Source of the DNA: Candidatus Bathyarchaeia archaeon
Lineage (GTDB): Archaea; Thermoproteota; Bathyarchaeia; Bathyarchaeales; Bathycorpusculaceae
Assembly (NCBI GenBank): GCA_036514855.1
Contig: DATBWI010000084.1
Location: 1 to 60,828 of the forward strand
Direction of reading: 5' to 3'
Length of the DNA stretch: 60,828 bases
In this document: positions 1-9,985 of the stretch, piece by piece
Layout of the letters: each line of letters begins with the position of its first letter
Numbering within the stretch: position 1 is the stretch's first letter
The notes under the pieces: generated by a model
What the model saw: the letters and a program-made list of their open reading frames with translations, nothing else
Databases searched by the model: none
Told to the model about the DNA's origin: nothing
Translations under genes and position numbers: made by a program

Positions 1-62
1 ACGTTAAAGTTGTGAAAGTCTCTACCTGCCGCGCCCATTATAATAACCCTTGTCCTACGCAT
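1..62 (-). CDS. partial CDS (first ~20 codons; gene runs off the window start), possibly COG2403-like predicted GTPase
   Basis: Reverse strand has ATG at 62-60, then MRRTRVIIMGAAGRDFHNFNV. I recall the GAAGRDFHNFN N-terminus from an archaeal predicted-GTPase family. The fragment is too short to be sure. Confidence 0.35.
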   Translation of the reverse strand, partial: MRRTRVIIMGAAGRDFHNFN

Positions 63-309
63 AACATTTCCCTTGTCAAAACCCCGAAACGAAGGGAGTT
101 CAATAATACCTAAATCATTCCATATAAACCTTCAGCATGTCTGTATTTAGAGATTCCTAGTAATCCTTGGTTTTAACAAGACGGGAACGTCTGGAACATG
201 CCACGGAAGCGATTTTTTGGAACGGAAATGAACTTGCAAAAAATATCAAAGTATTAAGTGCGTCCGTAGCGGGCAGGGTGGGATTCACACTCCGAAACAT
301 TTGGCGAAT

Positions 310-792
310 TCAGTGTTTGTGATGTTTCATAGGGCCCTCATGCTGAAGACATTGGTTGATGGCAATCTCCCACTCAGTCATCCTCTTTCGGTAGTGCTCC
401 TCTGAAAAGAAATCAACGTGACGATTCCCATCCTCTGATAGGGCGGTTATAGCGTATGTCACATGTGCCTTGGTGTGGTTCGCTCCATCTGGGTCGCAGC
501 TTATTTCAATCACCGTGACTTTGATGAAGGGTGTTACTGCAGTGTAGGCGATCTTGCAGTTCTCTTTGTCGAGTTCCGTGATTATCCATACTGTATCTGG
601 GCCTTCCTTGTTTTTCGTCGTAAACACAGTGCCTTTACTAATCGTTGATGCCGGAAAGATCATGGTTGGATTCCATTCATCAGACCATTTCTTTTCTCCA
701 ATTGGTTCAAACAGTTCCAAAACGGCTTTGGGCCGATCGTTGAGACGCAACACGTGACTTCGGACGGCATGCTTAGCCATGAAGCGGTTCAT
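310..792 (-). CDS. SRPBCC (START/polyketide-cyclase-like) superfamily protein, function unknown
   Basis: ORF 310-804. I prefer the ATG at 792 because GGAGGTGA lies 8 nt upstream, and the GTG at 804 sits inside that SD. Size and beta-rich pattern resemble SRPBCC proteins; the family call is from memory. Confidence 0.55.
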   Translation of the reverse strand: MNRFMAKHAVRSHVLRLNDRPKAVLELFEPIGEKKWSDEWNPTMIFPASTISKGTVFTTKNKEGPDTVWIITELDKENCKIAYTAVTPFIKVTVIEISCDPDGANHTKAHVTYAITALSEDGNRHVDFFSEEHYRKRMTEWEIAINQCLQHEGPMKHHKH

Positions 793-924
793 TGAGGCGC
801 TCACCTCCTTGTCTTTGGCTTTTTCTCTTTAAGCGGCAAGTGCAAGGTAGCAGAAGTCTTGCTTGTAGTTCTTCGAGATGTACAGTTGCGGATCGTATGC
901 TCTGCTGAATACGCGTATGCATTC

Positions 925-976
925 TATATACGTGTATGATATGCATATACGTAACTGATAAATCTACGTGTATATA
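925..976. promoter_or_regulatory. candidate operator/promoter upstream of the ArsR-like gene
   Basis: Exact TACGTGTAT direct repeats at 929-937 and 965-973. ATGCAT/ATACGTA half-palindromes and TATA-like TTCTATATA / TATATAAA lie in the spacer before the ATG at 991. Confidence 0.3.
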
Positions 977-990
977 AACATAATTGAATT

Positions 991-1584
991 ATGTCAAAAA
1001 GAGACGTTCATGACGTTATTGTGGCGGCATTTGCGAACCCAACGAAACTTGCGATAATCACAGTTCTCTCCAAACACGAAGAGTTGACTGTAACTCAACT
1101 GTCCAAGTACCTAGGAGTTTCTAGACCAAATCTGTACCTGACAGTTAAAGAAATGGTTAAAGATGGACTGCTTCAGAAGCCAAGGGTAAGAGTGAGGCAC
1201 AACTTTCTAGAGAAGTTCTACCGCTTGAACAAGCAAGCCATCAGAGAAATCGACCCTGCCGAGCAGCAGAAAAGACTGTATTCTTCAACCCCGGAGAATC
1301 AGACAGCCGTCATCAAGTCAATGCTGGAATCAATGAGTCTCTTCTTCAAGCTTCACGCAGAGGAGGTAACTAGGGCAGATGAAACGACGCTGAACCGAAT
1401 TGCAAAGGCGGTTAGAGCGAACCAAGTCATGATACATTACTCGCTCGTCTCTGCAGACACTTACAGCGAGGCCCTAGGCAAGATAAGGGAAATCATCAAG
1501 AAAACCGGGGAAAAGAGTGGAGAAAAAGGTGAACTGAATAACACTCTGATAATTCTAGGTATACCAACAATCGGCAAATCCTAA
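991..1584 (+). CDS. winged-helix (ArsR/TrmB-like) transcriptional regulator
   Basis: 197-aa ORF. The N-terminal PTKLAIITVLSKHEELTVTQLSKYLGVSRPNLYLTVKEMVKDGLL is a typical wHTH; the C-terminal half is helical with no motif I recognise. Confidence 0.7.
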   Translation: MSKRDVHDVIVAAFANPTKLAIITVLSKHEELTVTQLSKYLGVSRPNLYLTVKEMVKDGLLQKPRVRVRHNFLEKFYRLNKQAIREIDPAEQQKRLYSSTPENQTAVIKSMLESMSLFFKLHAEEVTRADETTLNRIAKAVRANQVMIHYSLVSADTYSEALGKIREIIKKTGEKSGEKGELNNTLIILGIPTIGKS

Positions 1585-1659
1585 TAATTAGCCATGGCAG
1601 ACACTTTGATCTTCGCATAATGACAGCATTTAAATCATCAGGCATGTCCAATTTCAGCA

Positions 1660-1977
1660 TCAATCTGTTGTTGGTTCGTTTCTGCAGCAGCAAGACTTCA
1701 TTTCGTCAATGTCGTAGAATGTTCTTATAAACGAGTCCAGGTGAGATTCCAAGGTTTTTTGTCCTTTTTTTGTTAGTGTGTAACGTTTGTTCTCGTCTAT
1801 TGAAAGGATTCCCATTTCTTTTAGGTGTTTTAGAACTGGGTATATGGTGCCGGGGCTCGGTTTTTTTCCTTTCCTCTTTTCCAGCTCTAAGGCAATTTCT
1901 CCTCCTGTCATGCTTTTTTTGCTTACGAGCCATAGTATGAGGAATGATAGGAATCCTTTAGAGCAGTAATGGATCAT
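1660..1977 (-). CDS. PadR family transcriptional regulator
   Basis: 105 aa. GEIALELEKRKGKKPSPGTIYPVLKHLKEMGIL matches the PadR wHTH signature. Confidence 0.8.
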   Translation of the reverse strand: MIHYCSKGFLSFLILWLVSKKSMTGGEIALELEKRKGKKPSPGTIYPVLKHLKEMGILSIDENKRYTLTKKGQKTLESHLDSFIRTFYDIDEMKSCCCRNEPTTD

Positions 1978-1985
1978 ACGTATTC

Positions 1986-2071
1986 ATGTCGGATTATCGA
2001 TATTAAAGTTTTTGGAGCAGTGTATCGGTTATCCGATACGTTTATATGTTTATGTCGGATATCAGATATCG
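1986..2071. promoter_or_regulatory. repeat-rich divergent promoter/operator region (PadR-like gene <-> 53-aa gene)
   Basis: ATGTCGGAT(T)ATC occurs twice (from 1986 and from 2052). The inverted repeat TATCGG-TTAT-CCGATA is at 2023-2038. Confidence 0.45.
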
Positions 2072-2103
2072 TAAAACCAATATCCTGCCCCGGAGGTGAA
2101 AAC

Positions 2104-2265
2104 ATGTACCATTGTCATGGAGAAGAAAACACGTGTTGCACTGACCACCCAAGAATGTTCCTAACAAAAGAAGAAAAAATCAAAAAACTAAGCGAATACA
2201 AGGAATGGCTAGATAACGAAAGCAAAGGCGTAGCTGAGACTATCGCAAAATTGAAGGAAAGCTAG
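2104..2265 (+). CDS. small Cys/His-rich protein with C-terminal coiled coil (DUF5320-like?)
   Basis: The ATG at 2104 is preceded by GGAGGTGAAAAC. The product MYHCHGEENTCCTDH...TKEEKIKKLSEYKEWLDNESKGVAETIAKLKES has 53 aa. The longer ORF from 1969 has no SD and overlaps the operator repeats. Confidence 0.55.
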   Translation: MYHCHGEENTCCTDHPRMFLTKEEKIKKLSEYKEWLDNESKGVAETIAKLKES

Positions 2266-2319
2266 TTAAAGCGCATACTGGTTTCCTCTGCTCCCTTTTT
2301 TCTAATTAACGTGCAAAAT

Positions 2320-3423
2320 CTATTCTAAGAGCTGTGAAACTGCTTTTCCTATGAAATCTATCTGTTCAGCCGTCACGCCCGGATGGACTGGCAACGAAAA
2401 CACTTGTTTCGCGGCTTTTTCCGTTTCTGGAAGTTTACGTTTTCCAAACTTGCGATAGTACGGCATAAGGTGAATCGGGTTTCTGTAGCACACGAACGCC
2501 TCTATATCATTACGTTTCAAGTCCTCAACAAGTTTATCTCTTGCCTCTTCCTTCGTCTTCTCAAGCCTAACCGTGTACAAATACCAGCTATGCTCACGAT
2601 CCGCTGGCACTTTTGGCAACCGTAGCCTCTTGGCTTTTGTAAGCTTCTGCGATAATCTTTTCGCGTTTTGACGGCGTTTCGCCACGAAACCGGGCAGTTT
2701 TTTCAACTGTGCCAATCCGATTGCCGCTGATATTTCTGGCATGTGATAGTTATGCCCAAGAATTGTAGATTCATACTTCACTTTTTCTCCATGGCTTCTG
2801 ATGACGCGTGCTGTTTCGGCGATTTCGTCGTTGTTTGTTGTGATCATGCCGCCTTCACCTGTGGTCATGTTTTTACTTCCGTAGAAGCTCCAGCACGCCG
2901 CGTCAGAGAAGGTTCCCGGAGGCTTACGCTTGTAAGTTGCGCCGTGGGCTTGAGCTGCATCTTCAATGATTAAGAGTCCATGCTTTTCAGCGATTTCTTT
3001 TATGGGTTGGATGTCTGCTGATAAGCCGTAGAGGTCAACGGGCATTATGGCTTTGGTTTTTTTGGTTATGGCTTTTTCAACTTTTGCGGGGTTTATGGTG
3101 TATGTTTCTGGTTCTATGTCTACAAAGACTGGTTTTGCGCCGAGGAAAACGATGACTTCTGCTGTTGCCACAAACGTGAAGCTTGGAAGAATTATCTCGT
3201 CGCCCCGTTTGATCCCTGCCGCTGCGAGCGCGGAGTGTAAGGCGCCTGTTCCGCTGTTCGTGGCTATCGCATGTTTTGCCTTTACGAAGTTTGCGAATTC
3301 TTTTTCGAACTTTGTGACTGTTGGGCCTGCGCCAAGTCCATGTGTTAGTATGCCGCTCTTGAGAACTTTTGTTACAGCGTCTATTTCTTCTTCTCCAACT
3401 TGCGGAGTGTTAATATGAATCAT
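2320..3423 (-). CDS. DegT/DnrJ/EryC1/StrS family PLP-dependent aminotransferase
   Basis: 367 aa. It has the family-typical SFYGSKNMTTGEGGMI lysine motif and an N-terminal G(E/D)EE(I/L)xAV pattern. Confidence 0.85.
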   Translation of the reverse strand: MIHINTPQVGEEEIDAVTKVLKSGILTHGLGAGPTVTKFEKEFANFVKAKHAIATNSGTGALHSALAAAGIKRGDEIILPSFTFVATAEVIVFLGAKPVFVDIEPETYTINPAKVEKAITKKTKAIMPVDLYGLSADIQPIKEIAEKHGLLIIEDAAQAHGATYKRKPPGTFSDAACWSFYGSKNMTTGEGGMITTNNDEIAETARVIRSHGEKVKYESTILGHNYHMPEISAAIGLAQLKKLPGFVAKRRQNAKRLSQKLTKAKRLRLPKVPADREHSWYLYTVRLEKTKEEARDKLVEDLKRNDIEAFVCYRNPIHLMPYYRKFGKRKLPETEKAAKQVFSLPVHPGVTAEQIDFIGKAVSQLLE

Positions 3424-3554
3424 CGTATCGCCTTCTGGCTAGTATGCTCCTCATGCTAATAACTTCTATGTTTAACAGGAACTTAATAGAAATGTCCTTT
3501 TTGGAAAAAATAAGAAAAATGAGGTAGCGGATGTTGCTACTGAATCAGGCGAGT

Positions 3555-4949
3555 CTATTGGATTTTTTTGAGTTCGTCGTTAAGCCAAGGATAGAGCTTT
3601 TTAAGCCCTTTCATTGCTTCGTTAACTTTTTCCTGTGGATACTCGTATGGAGGCAGTTTGCCCGTTCTGTAGTCGTCGTAAGCTTGCATGTCAAAGTAGC
3701 CATGTCCGCACAGCAGAAACAGTAGGGTTTTCTCTTCGCCTGTCTCTTTGCACTTCAAAGCCTCATCAACTGTAGCCTTTATCGCATGGGAAGGTTCAGG
3801 AGCAGGAATTATGCCTTCCGTACAGGCAAATAACGTGGCTGCTTTGAAGACTTCAAGCTGGTTGTAAGCTCTCGTCTTTACGATTCCCTCTTTGCTGAGC
3901 AGTGAGAGTGTTGGAGCCTTTCCATGATAACGGAGACCACCTGCATGGATTGGTGGCGGTATGAACATGTGACCGAGCGTGTACATTTTCACCAGTGGAA
4001 TTATGCGTGCTGTGTCTCCATGGTCGTATGTGTAGTATCCTTTAGTTATCGATGGGCACGCTGTAGGTTCTACAGCTATGAATTCTGGGTCTTTTGGAGC
4101 TTTTCCTGAAACCATCTCGTAATAGTATGGCCAGAAAAGTCCTGAAAAGCTGCTTCCTCCGCCTATACATCCTATGATCTTGTCTGGGTACTCATCAACC
4201 TGTGCCATTTGCTTCTGGGTTTCTAAGCCGATGACGGTTTGGTGTAAGAGAACATGGTTGACGACGCTTCCAATAGTGTACCTCGCTTCTTCATTATGAG
4301 TGAGTGCGTCTTCAACAGCTTCACTTATGGCTATTCCGAGGCTTCCAGGACTGTTCGTGTCTTCCTCAAGGAATTTTTGTCCGCTCTTTGTTTTGTTGCT
4401 TGGGCTTGCGTAGACTTCGGCTCCCCATGTTTCCATCATAACTCGTCTGTAGGGCTTTTGATTATAGCTTGCTCTCACCATGTAAACTGTTGGCTTTAGC
4501 CCAAACAACATGCACGCGAAGGACAGTGCAGAGCCCCATTGACCTGCGCCTGTCTCTGTTGTCAGCCTTTTCATACCATCTTTCTGGGCGTAATAGGCTT
4601 GAGCAACAGCAGTATTTGGTTTGTGGCTTCCCGGTGGGCTTACGCCCTCGTATTTGTAGTAGATTTTTGCCGGGGTTTTCAAAGCTTTTTCAAAGTTTGT
4701 TGCTCTGTATAGCGGTGTTGGTCTCCACATTCGATATATGTCTCGCACTTCTTCCGGTATGTCTATCCAACGGTCTTCACTGTATTCTTGTTTGAGGCAT
4801 TCGCTTGGAAACAGGATAGGCGGTAGCTTTACAGGCTGTTTTGTTTGTGGGTCTATCATTGAGGGCAGTGGTTTTGGAAGGTCTGGCAAAATGTTGTACC
4901 ATTGTTTCGGTATTTCTTCCTCGTCTAAAAGTATTTTTCTGAGTGTCAT
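3555..4949 (-). CDS. trpB: TrpB2-type tryptophan synthase beta-like PLP enzyme
   Basis: 464 aa, the long TrpB2 form. It has the HKPNTA PLP-lysine motif and the GGGSSFSG glycine loop. It stands alone, outside any trp operon. Confidence 0.85.
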   Translation of the reverse strand: MTLRKILLDEEEIPKQWYNILPDLPKPLPSMIDPQTKQPVKLPPILFPSECLKQEYSEDRWIDIPEEVRDIYRMWRPTPLYRATNFEKALKTPAKIYYKYEGVSPPGSHKPNTAVAQAYYAQKDGMKRLTTETGAGQWGSALSFACMLFGLKPTVYMVRASYNQKPYRRVMMETWGAEVYASPSNKTKSGQKFLEEDTNSPGSLGIAISEAVEDALTHNEEARYTIGSVVNHVLLHQTVIGLETQKQMAQVDEYPDKIIGCIGGGSSFSGLFWPYYYEMVSGKAPKDPEFIAVEPTACPSITKGYYTYDHGDTARIIPLVKMYTLGHMFIPPPIHAGGLRYHGKAPTLSLLSKEGIVKTRAYNQLEVFKAATLFACTEGIIPAPEPSHAIKATVDEALKCKETGEEKTLLFLLCGHGYFDMQAYDDYRTGKLPPYEYPQEKVNEAMKGLKKLYPWLNDELKKIQ

Positions 4950-5053
4950 TTCGATCTCCTATGTTCTTTTTTATACTTTTATGATCAGTAACGGTTTATA
5001 TCTGCAAAAACTTATACTTTATTGAACAAAACTGTACATGAAGGAAAAGGCGC

Positions 5054-5557
5054 ATGTGGAGCAATATTAAACGGTATTTAGAAAGGTATCCTGAACGGCT
5101 CAAAGTAGCCCGTGTCCTCGTTGAGAATGGTTTGAGCGTTAGAAACGGGAAAATCTACCTTAACGAAATCGAGATCCCACCTGTACGTGTTGGTCGCGTT
5201 GCTGGAGTTGATAGGCGAACAGTAAACGAGACTTTAAGCGCCATCAAAGCTAATCGTGAGCTTAGAACTATTTTTGAGAGTCTGAGGTCTGCTGGGCACT
5301 CGTTAAAGGAAATTGCAAAGCATTTGAATTTGGGGGTTGTTGAAATAACGCCTGTTGATGCAAAGATTCCGGGCATTCTTGCGAATTCTGCCATGATTCT
5401 GGCGAGAAGTGGTTTGAGTATTCGGCAGGCGATAGTTGATGATCCGGAATTGTCACCGGAGCCTAAGCTGTCGTTGATTGTTGAGAAAAAGATTCCCGGA
5501 GAGTTGATTTCAGAATTTTTGAAGGTAAATGGTGTGGATAAGGTTTCCGTGTACTAG
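5054..5557 (+). CDS. ACT-domain regulator of amino-acid metabolism (COG2150-like)
   Basis: 167 aa, divergent from trpB2. The N-terminal HTH-like segment and C-terminal ACT-like segment resemble the archaeal COG2150 family as I recall it. Confidence 0.55.
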   Translation: MWSNIKRYLERYPERLKVARVLVENGLSVRNGKIYLNEIEIPPVRVGRVAGVDRRTVNETLSAIKANRELRTIFESLRSAGHSLKEIAKHLNLGVVEITPVDAKIPGILANSAMILARSGLSIRQAIVDDPELSPEPKLSLIVEKKIPGELISEFLKVNGVDKVSVY

Positions 5558-5560
5558 GCG

Positions 5561-7348
5561 TTAAATGTTCAGGTTGTCGAAGTACGTTATTATCCAGTGT
5601 TCTCCGCGCGCTTCTATGTACATGGACACGTTTTGTGTTGGCACTGTTGCCATTAATTCGTTCCATTGAAGTGTGGCGAGGTCTTCTGGTGTGGCTTCCA
5701 CCCATGGATATGTTTCGTTGTCCAAGCGTAGAACTATGTGGGTAGTTCCTTCTTGGACGTAATCATATTTCCCCAAGACTGTGGCGTTTAGCTGAAGATA
5801 GGTTACCGCTCCGAAGAGCTTCATGAAGTCCAGTCGTGTCTCGCGCACTAACTGTTCGCTTGTCAAGCCTTCACCGTTCATTGTTATAGTTATTCTGCTA
5901 GCTTCTGCGGCGTCCACTATCGCGAAACCCGCGAGGTATATGGTTTCATCGGCTTCCCCAGTGCCTTCGCGCCAGTAGATTGGCACATACCATGCAAGCC
6001 TGTAATTGTTTGGCGAGGTTTCAACCGGATAGAGTAATGGCATTTCTGCGTCGTAGATGCCTGTGGCTGGTTTGGGAAGTCTTCCTTCAACAAGATCCTC
6101 AGCTGTCATTCCTGATATGTAGTTGGCTTGCGTGAGGTCGTAGAAGAATATCCCGTTTCGCGTGGCCTTGAACACGCCGGACAGTGTTCTTTGATTTCCC
6201 ACAGGATTGACGCAGATTAATGCTACGATGTCGTTTGTTTCAGGGTCTACTATGTAGCGTGTGTCCTCGGTCATTTCAAATCGTTCGCGGCTTGGGGGAA
6301 TTATCCACAGAAAACCGCCTGCCCAATAGTCAAAGCCTTGTCCTCTGCGAAGGTTTCCCATTTCGTCAGTCATTTCTTCCAGCCAGTTTTCGTCGTAGAT
6401 TTGAGTAATCCAGTAGGGAACGTCTGACAGGTTGTTTGCCTGTTGATACGGGTTGCCTTGCGAATCATAAACCATAGGTGTCTCGTATCTTCTAACTAGG
6501 TCGAAGCCTAAATTGTAACGTGTCACGACGTATACGGTTTCATTTGTTGTGAGGTCCCATGTTACGTAGGCGACGCCGTAGCTTTTTTCCATGTCTCCTA
6601 TATAGGAGCGGAACTGGATATTGTGATCCCACCAGAGGCCCTCTCCGACAGCAAATTCGTTGTTTAGTATTGTTGGGGTTGCAGTTGGGTCTGTTGCGTC
6701 TACTATTACAAATCCTTTGACGTAGTTTTCTGCTATCACGTTCGTTGAGCCTATTACAGCTATCCAGCCAAGCTTTCCATTCGAAGTTTTTGTGATGTGG
6801 CAACCCAAAACCTGCGTGTTGCTTCCAAATTCAGACATGTGCCTTCGCGCGATCGATATTGCAAGTTCGTCTGTGACGAGGCGCACCATATTATCTGGAA
6901 TTGTCGTGTTGAAAGGCAACCCTGCGCTTGGCACTATGTAACTATTGAAGTAGGCAGCGTTTGTAACTCTTTGAATTTGCCCGAAGCCTACCATCATGAA
7001 AGCTGCGATAAAAAAGAGAATGAAAACTGCAGCAATGACTTTTCCTCGCGTTCTAGCCGATATTCTCCATGGAAAACGCGAGTAAGGATAATAGCGCGTT
7101 GTCGAATCTTCAAAGTTTACGCGTCTCAACGAAAACGCTGATTCGATGAGGGCTGCAAATAGCCTTAGAAAAACTAGCAGGTATACAAACACGCTTAGCG
7201 GTGTGCCGAAATGCTGAATTATTAGGAACAGAAGCAAGCCGATCAAAAGAGTGATTATGCGTGAAGGTTTTTTCCAGCCAGTTTTCTTGGGAGGTATAGG
7301 CAAGTACCACAGGAAAGCCCAAACTGGAAGAAACAGAAAGAGATTCAT
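5561..7348 (-). CDS. large membrane-anchored protein of unknown function
   Basis: 595 aa. There are several N-terminal hydrophobic helices (LFLFLPVWAFLWYL, IITLLIGLLLFLII, VFVYLLVFLRLFAALI, VIAAVFILFFIAAFMMV). A ~470-aa W/Y-rich soluble domain follows. Confidence 0.7.
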   Translation of the reverse strand: MNLFLFLPVWAFLWYLPIPPKKTGWKKPSRIITLLIGLLLFLIIQHFGTPLSVFVYLLVFLRLFAALIESAFSLRRVNFEDSTTRYYPYSRFPWRISARTRGKVIAAVFILFFIAAFMMVGFGQIQRVTNAAYFNSYIVPSAGLPFNTTIPDNMVRLVTDELAISIARRHMSEFGSNTQVLGCHITKTSNGKLGWIAVIGSTNVIAENYVKGFVIVDATDPTATPTILNNEFAVGEGLWWDHNIQFRSYIGDMEKSYGVAYVTWDLTTNETVYVVTRYNLGFDLVRRYETPMVYDSQGNPYQQANNLSDVPYWITQIYDENWLEEMTDEMGNLRRGQGFDYWAGGFLWIIPPSRERFEMTEDTRYIVDPETNDIVALICVNPVGNQRTLSGVFKATRNGIFFYDLTQANYISGMTAEDLVEGRLPKPATGIYDAEMPLLYPVETSPNNYRLAWYVPIYWREGTGEADETIYLAGFAIVDAAEASRITITMNGEGLTSEQLVRETRLDFMKLFGAVTYLQLNATVLGKYDYVQEGTTHIVLRLDNETYPWVEATPEDLATLQWNELMATVPTQNVSMYIEARGEHWIITYFDNLNI

Positions 7349-7421
7349 TTTTCACCAGACCCATATATTTACGAATCAGATATTTAAGGGAAGTTTTTCC
7401 TATTGCCGTTGAACAATTCTG

Positions 7422-7440
7422 TTAAGAAAACTTTTCTTAA
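7422..7440. promoter_or_regulatory. perfect 9+1+9 palindrome in the divergent spacer upstream of the thermosome gene
   Basis: TTAAGAAAA-C-TTTTCTTAA. A TATA-like CTTATATT lies about 45 nt before the thermosome start. The regulatory role is an inference. Confidence 0.3.
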
Positions 7441-7574
7441 AAGCTGAAGATTCACGATTAAGGTGGGCTTGAAATTCTCATCAACTTGTGTTCAAGAACC
7501 TATTTTCATTGTAATTCTTTAGAAAAACTTATATTGTTAGGCTGTTTGTCTTGTTGACGCATTAAAGGAGTTGT

Positions 7575-9239
7575 TTGAATTTGTCGTCATCTGCATTAGC
7601 TGGTGGTGTACCAGTTTTAATATTAAAAGAGGGGTCAAGCCGCTCGAGGGGAAAAGAAGCACAACACACAAACATACAAGCGGCAAAGATAGTTGCCGAA
7701 ACCGTGAAAAGCGCTCTAGGCCCGAAGGGCATGGATAAAATGCTTGTAGACAGCTTCGGCGACGTAACAATAACCAGTGACGGACGCACAATCTTGGACG
7801 AAATGGACATTCAACATCCAGCAGCCAAAATGATGGTTGAAGTTGCAAAAACTCAGGACAACGAAGCTGGCGATGGAACAACAACAGCCGTAATTTTGGC
7901 AGGAGAATTGCTGAGCAAGGCTGAAGAATTGATCGAGAAAAACGTTCATCCAACCATAATAATTGATGGATACAAGAAAGCCGCGGAAAAAGCGTTAAGC
8001 TCATTGGAGAAAATCGCCATACAAACTGGCGCGGGCGCTGACGAATATGTGAAGAAGACTGCAATGACTTCGATGGCGAGCAAGCTTGTAGCCGAGCACA
8101 GAGAGTATCTAGCCGAGTTGGCGGTCAAAGCAATTCTTGAAGTGGCAGAGAAGGAAGACGGAACGTATAAGGTTGACATAGACGATGTTAAAGTGGAAAA
8201 GAAACCTGGCGAATCCATCCGCGAAACGAAACTCATTCAAGGCATAGTCTTAGACAAGGAAGTTGCGCATTCTGGGATGCCTAAGCGTGTGGAAAAAGCC
8301 AAAATAGCCCTGCTAGACGCCGCTTTGGAGATTGAGAAAACCGAGTTTGACGCGAAGATTAACATTGAAAGTCCAGAGCAGATGGAAGCGTTCCTCAAGC
8401 AAGAAGAAGACATGCTGAGAGGCATGACTGAAAAAATAGTGGGCTCTGGAGCTAATGTTGTTTTGTGCGAGAAAGGCATTGACGATATGGCTCAGCACTT
8501 CTTATCTAGGAAGGAAATACTTGTAGTTAGGCGGATTAAGAAGTCAGACATGGAGAAACTTGCCAAAGCCACTGACGGAAAAATAGTGACAAGTTTGGAC
8601 GCCTTAACTTCAGCGGATTTAGGGTATGCTGCGCTAGTAGAAGAACGCAAAATAGGAAATGATAAAATGACGTTTGTAGAAGGATGTAAGCACCCACGTT
8701 CAGTCACTATTCTCATAAGAGGGGGAACCCAGCGCATAGTAGACGAGGCTGAGAGGTCGTTGCATGACGCCTTATTCGTAGTCAAGGATGTGGTTGAGGA
8801 ACCAAAGGTGGTAGCGGGAGGCGGTGCCCCAGAGCTTGAAGTTTCGAAGATTCTTAGGAAATACGCGGACACTCTTCCAGGAAGAGAACAGCTCGCCGTA
8901 AGGAGTTACGCAGAAGCGCTTGAGGTTGTTCCGTTGACACTGACTGAAAATGCTGGTTTAGACCCAATCGACATACTTTCTGAATTAAGGACTAGACACG
9001 AGAAAGGCGAGACATGGGCGGGAATAGAGGTAAACTCTGGAGTAGTCAAAAACATGTCCGATGCGGGAGTATTCGAGCCGCTTTCCGTTAAAAAACAAAT
9101 AATCAAGTCAGCAACCGAAGCTGCCACAATGATTCTAAAGATCGACGACGTTATCGCTGCCGGGAAAATGAGAGCTCCCCCAATGCCCCCAGGAGGCGGT
9201 GGAATGCCTCCAGGGTATCCAGGTGCTGGGGAGTATTAG
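7575..9239 (+). CDS. ths: thermosome subunit (group II chaperonin)
   Basis: 554 aa. It has [27 protein letters not shown] and VAGGGAPE motifs and a C-terminal [15 protein letters not shown] tail. The start is a TTG after AAAGGAG. Confidence 0.95.
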   Translation: MNLSSSALAGGVPVLILKEGSSRSRGKEAQHTNIQAAKIVAETVKSALGPKGMDKMLVDSFGDVTITSDGRTILDEMDIQHPAAKMMVEVAKTQDNEAGDGTTTAVILAGELLSKAEELIEKNVHPTIIIDGYKKAAEKALSSLEKIAIQTGAGADEYVKKTAMTSMASKLVAEHREYLAELAVKAILEVAEKEDGTYKVDIDDVKVEKKPGESIRETKLIQGIVLDKEVAHSGMPKRVEKAKIALLDAALEIEKTEFDAKINIESPEQMEAFLKQEEDMLRGMTEKIVGSGANVVLCEKGIDDMAQHFLSRKEILVVRRIKKSDMEKLAKATDGKIVTSLDALTSADLGYAALVEERKIGNDKMTFVEGCKHPRSVTILIRGGTQRIVDEAERSLHDALFVVKDVVEEPKVVAGGGAPELEVSKILRKYADTLPGREQLAVRSYAEALEVVPLTLTENAGLDPIDILSELRTRHEKGETWAGIEVNSGVVKNMSDAGVFEPLSVKKQIIKSATEAATMILKIDDVIAAGKMRAPPMPPGGGGMPPGYPGAGEY

Positions 9240-9284
9240 AGTACGTCAGAAACAGAAAGCAAAGTTACGATAGGTCCTCCAAAG

Positions 9285-9503
9285 ATTACTCGTTTCGAAA
9301 AAGCGAGGATAGTGGGAGCTAGGGCACTTCAAATATCCATGGGAGCTCCGATACTCGTAGACGTTTCTGAAGGGTTTACAAGCCCAATAGACATAGCGCT
9401 GAAAGAACTTGAAGCAGGCATTTTGCCAATAACTATCCGGCGAACATTGCCTGACGAAACGTTCCAAGATATTCCATTGAAATGGCTCATAAAACAAGTC
9501 TGA
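9285..9503 (+). CDS. rpoK: DNA-directed RNA polymerase subunit K (Rpo6)
   Basis: (I)[24 protein letters not shown]...LPITIRR is the RpoK core. The ORF track starts at GTG 9312, which would cut off the conserved TRFEKAR. No ATG/GTG/TTG lies upstream in frame, so I place a tentative ATT start at 9285. Confidence 0.8.
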   Translation: MTRFEKARIVGARALQISMGAPILVDVSEGFTSPIDIALKELEAGILPITIRRTLPDETFQDIPLKWLIKQV

Positions 9504-9508
9504 AAATT

Positions 9509-9985
9509 CTAAAGCCCTTTTAGTTTTTCTTTTGCCTTTTCAAGTGTTCTTTGGATTCGTGTCCAGTGTGCGCCTTGCCAGTAGATTTGTCCGCATTTTG
9601 AACATTTCCAGAAACTGTCATAATGGGTGAGCGTGTTTTTCTCAACTTTTTTTTCTGCTTCAGGCTTCGGTATCGGTTTTACTCTTGCGTTGCATTTTGG
9701 GCATCTGGAAGTGCGCATGTTTATCTCTAATTCTATGTCAAATCTCTTCGCCATTTCTGCAAGTCTGTCCTCTTCCGTCTGCCCGCTTAGATAAAAGGCG
9801 TCAACGCCTTTCGCTGTTGCTTGTTGGTAAAGCTCCAGATCCTTTGTGAGCAGGATGCGGCGTGTCTTTTTGGCGGTTTTGATTAGTTCGCTGTCTTCCA
9901 TTGCATTCGAGTATTTCACGTCATGTCCAAGCATTCGAAGCCATCTGGTCAATTTGCCAAGCATTCCATCAGCAATAAACTTCAA
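9509..9985 (-). CDS. Mut7-C RNase domain protein (PIN-like fold plus zinc ribbon)
   Basis: The N-terminus MKFIADGMLGKLTRWLRMLGHDV and the C-terminal CPKCN...CSKCGQIYWQGAHW are hallmarks of the family. Confidence 0.85.
   Translation of the reverse strand: MKFIADGMLGKLTRWLRMLGHDVKYSNAMEDSELIKTAKKTRRILLTKDLELYQQATAKGVDAFYLSGQTEEDRLAEMAKRFDIELEINMRTSRCPKCNARVKPIPKPEAEKKVEKNTLTHYDSFWKCSKCGQIYWQGAHWTRIQRTLEKAKEKLKGL

Noticed and set aside
7537-8064. 175-aa minus-strand ORF, plus several other 60-130-aa ORFs antisense to the thermosome gene
   Set aside because: They overlap a near-certain chaperonin CDS. The products are L/R/S/C-rich with no SD or motif.
9237-9239. Thermosome TAG as a recoded (pyrrolysine/readthrough) codon fusing chaperonin and RpoK
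   Set aside because: The thermosome already ends with its typical GGM/P-rich tail. Sharing a frame has a one-in-three chance. No Pyl machinery is visible here. A rare start codon for rpoK is the simpler explanation.
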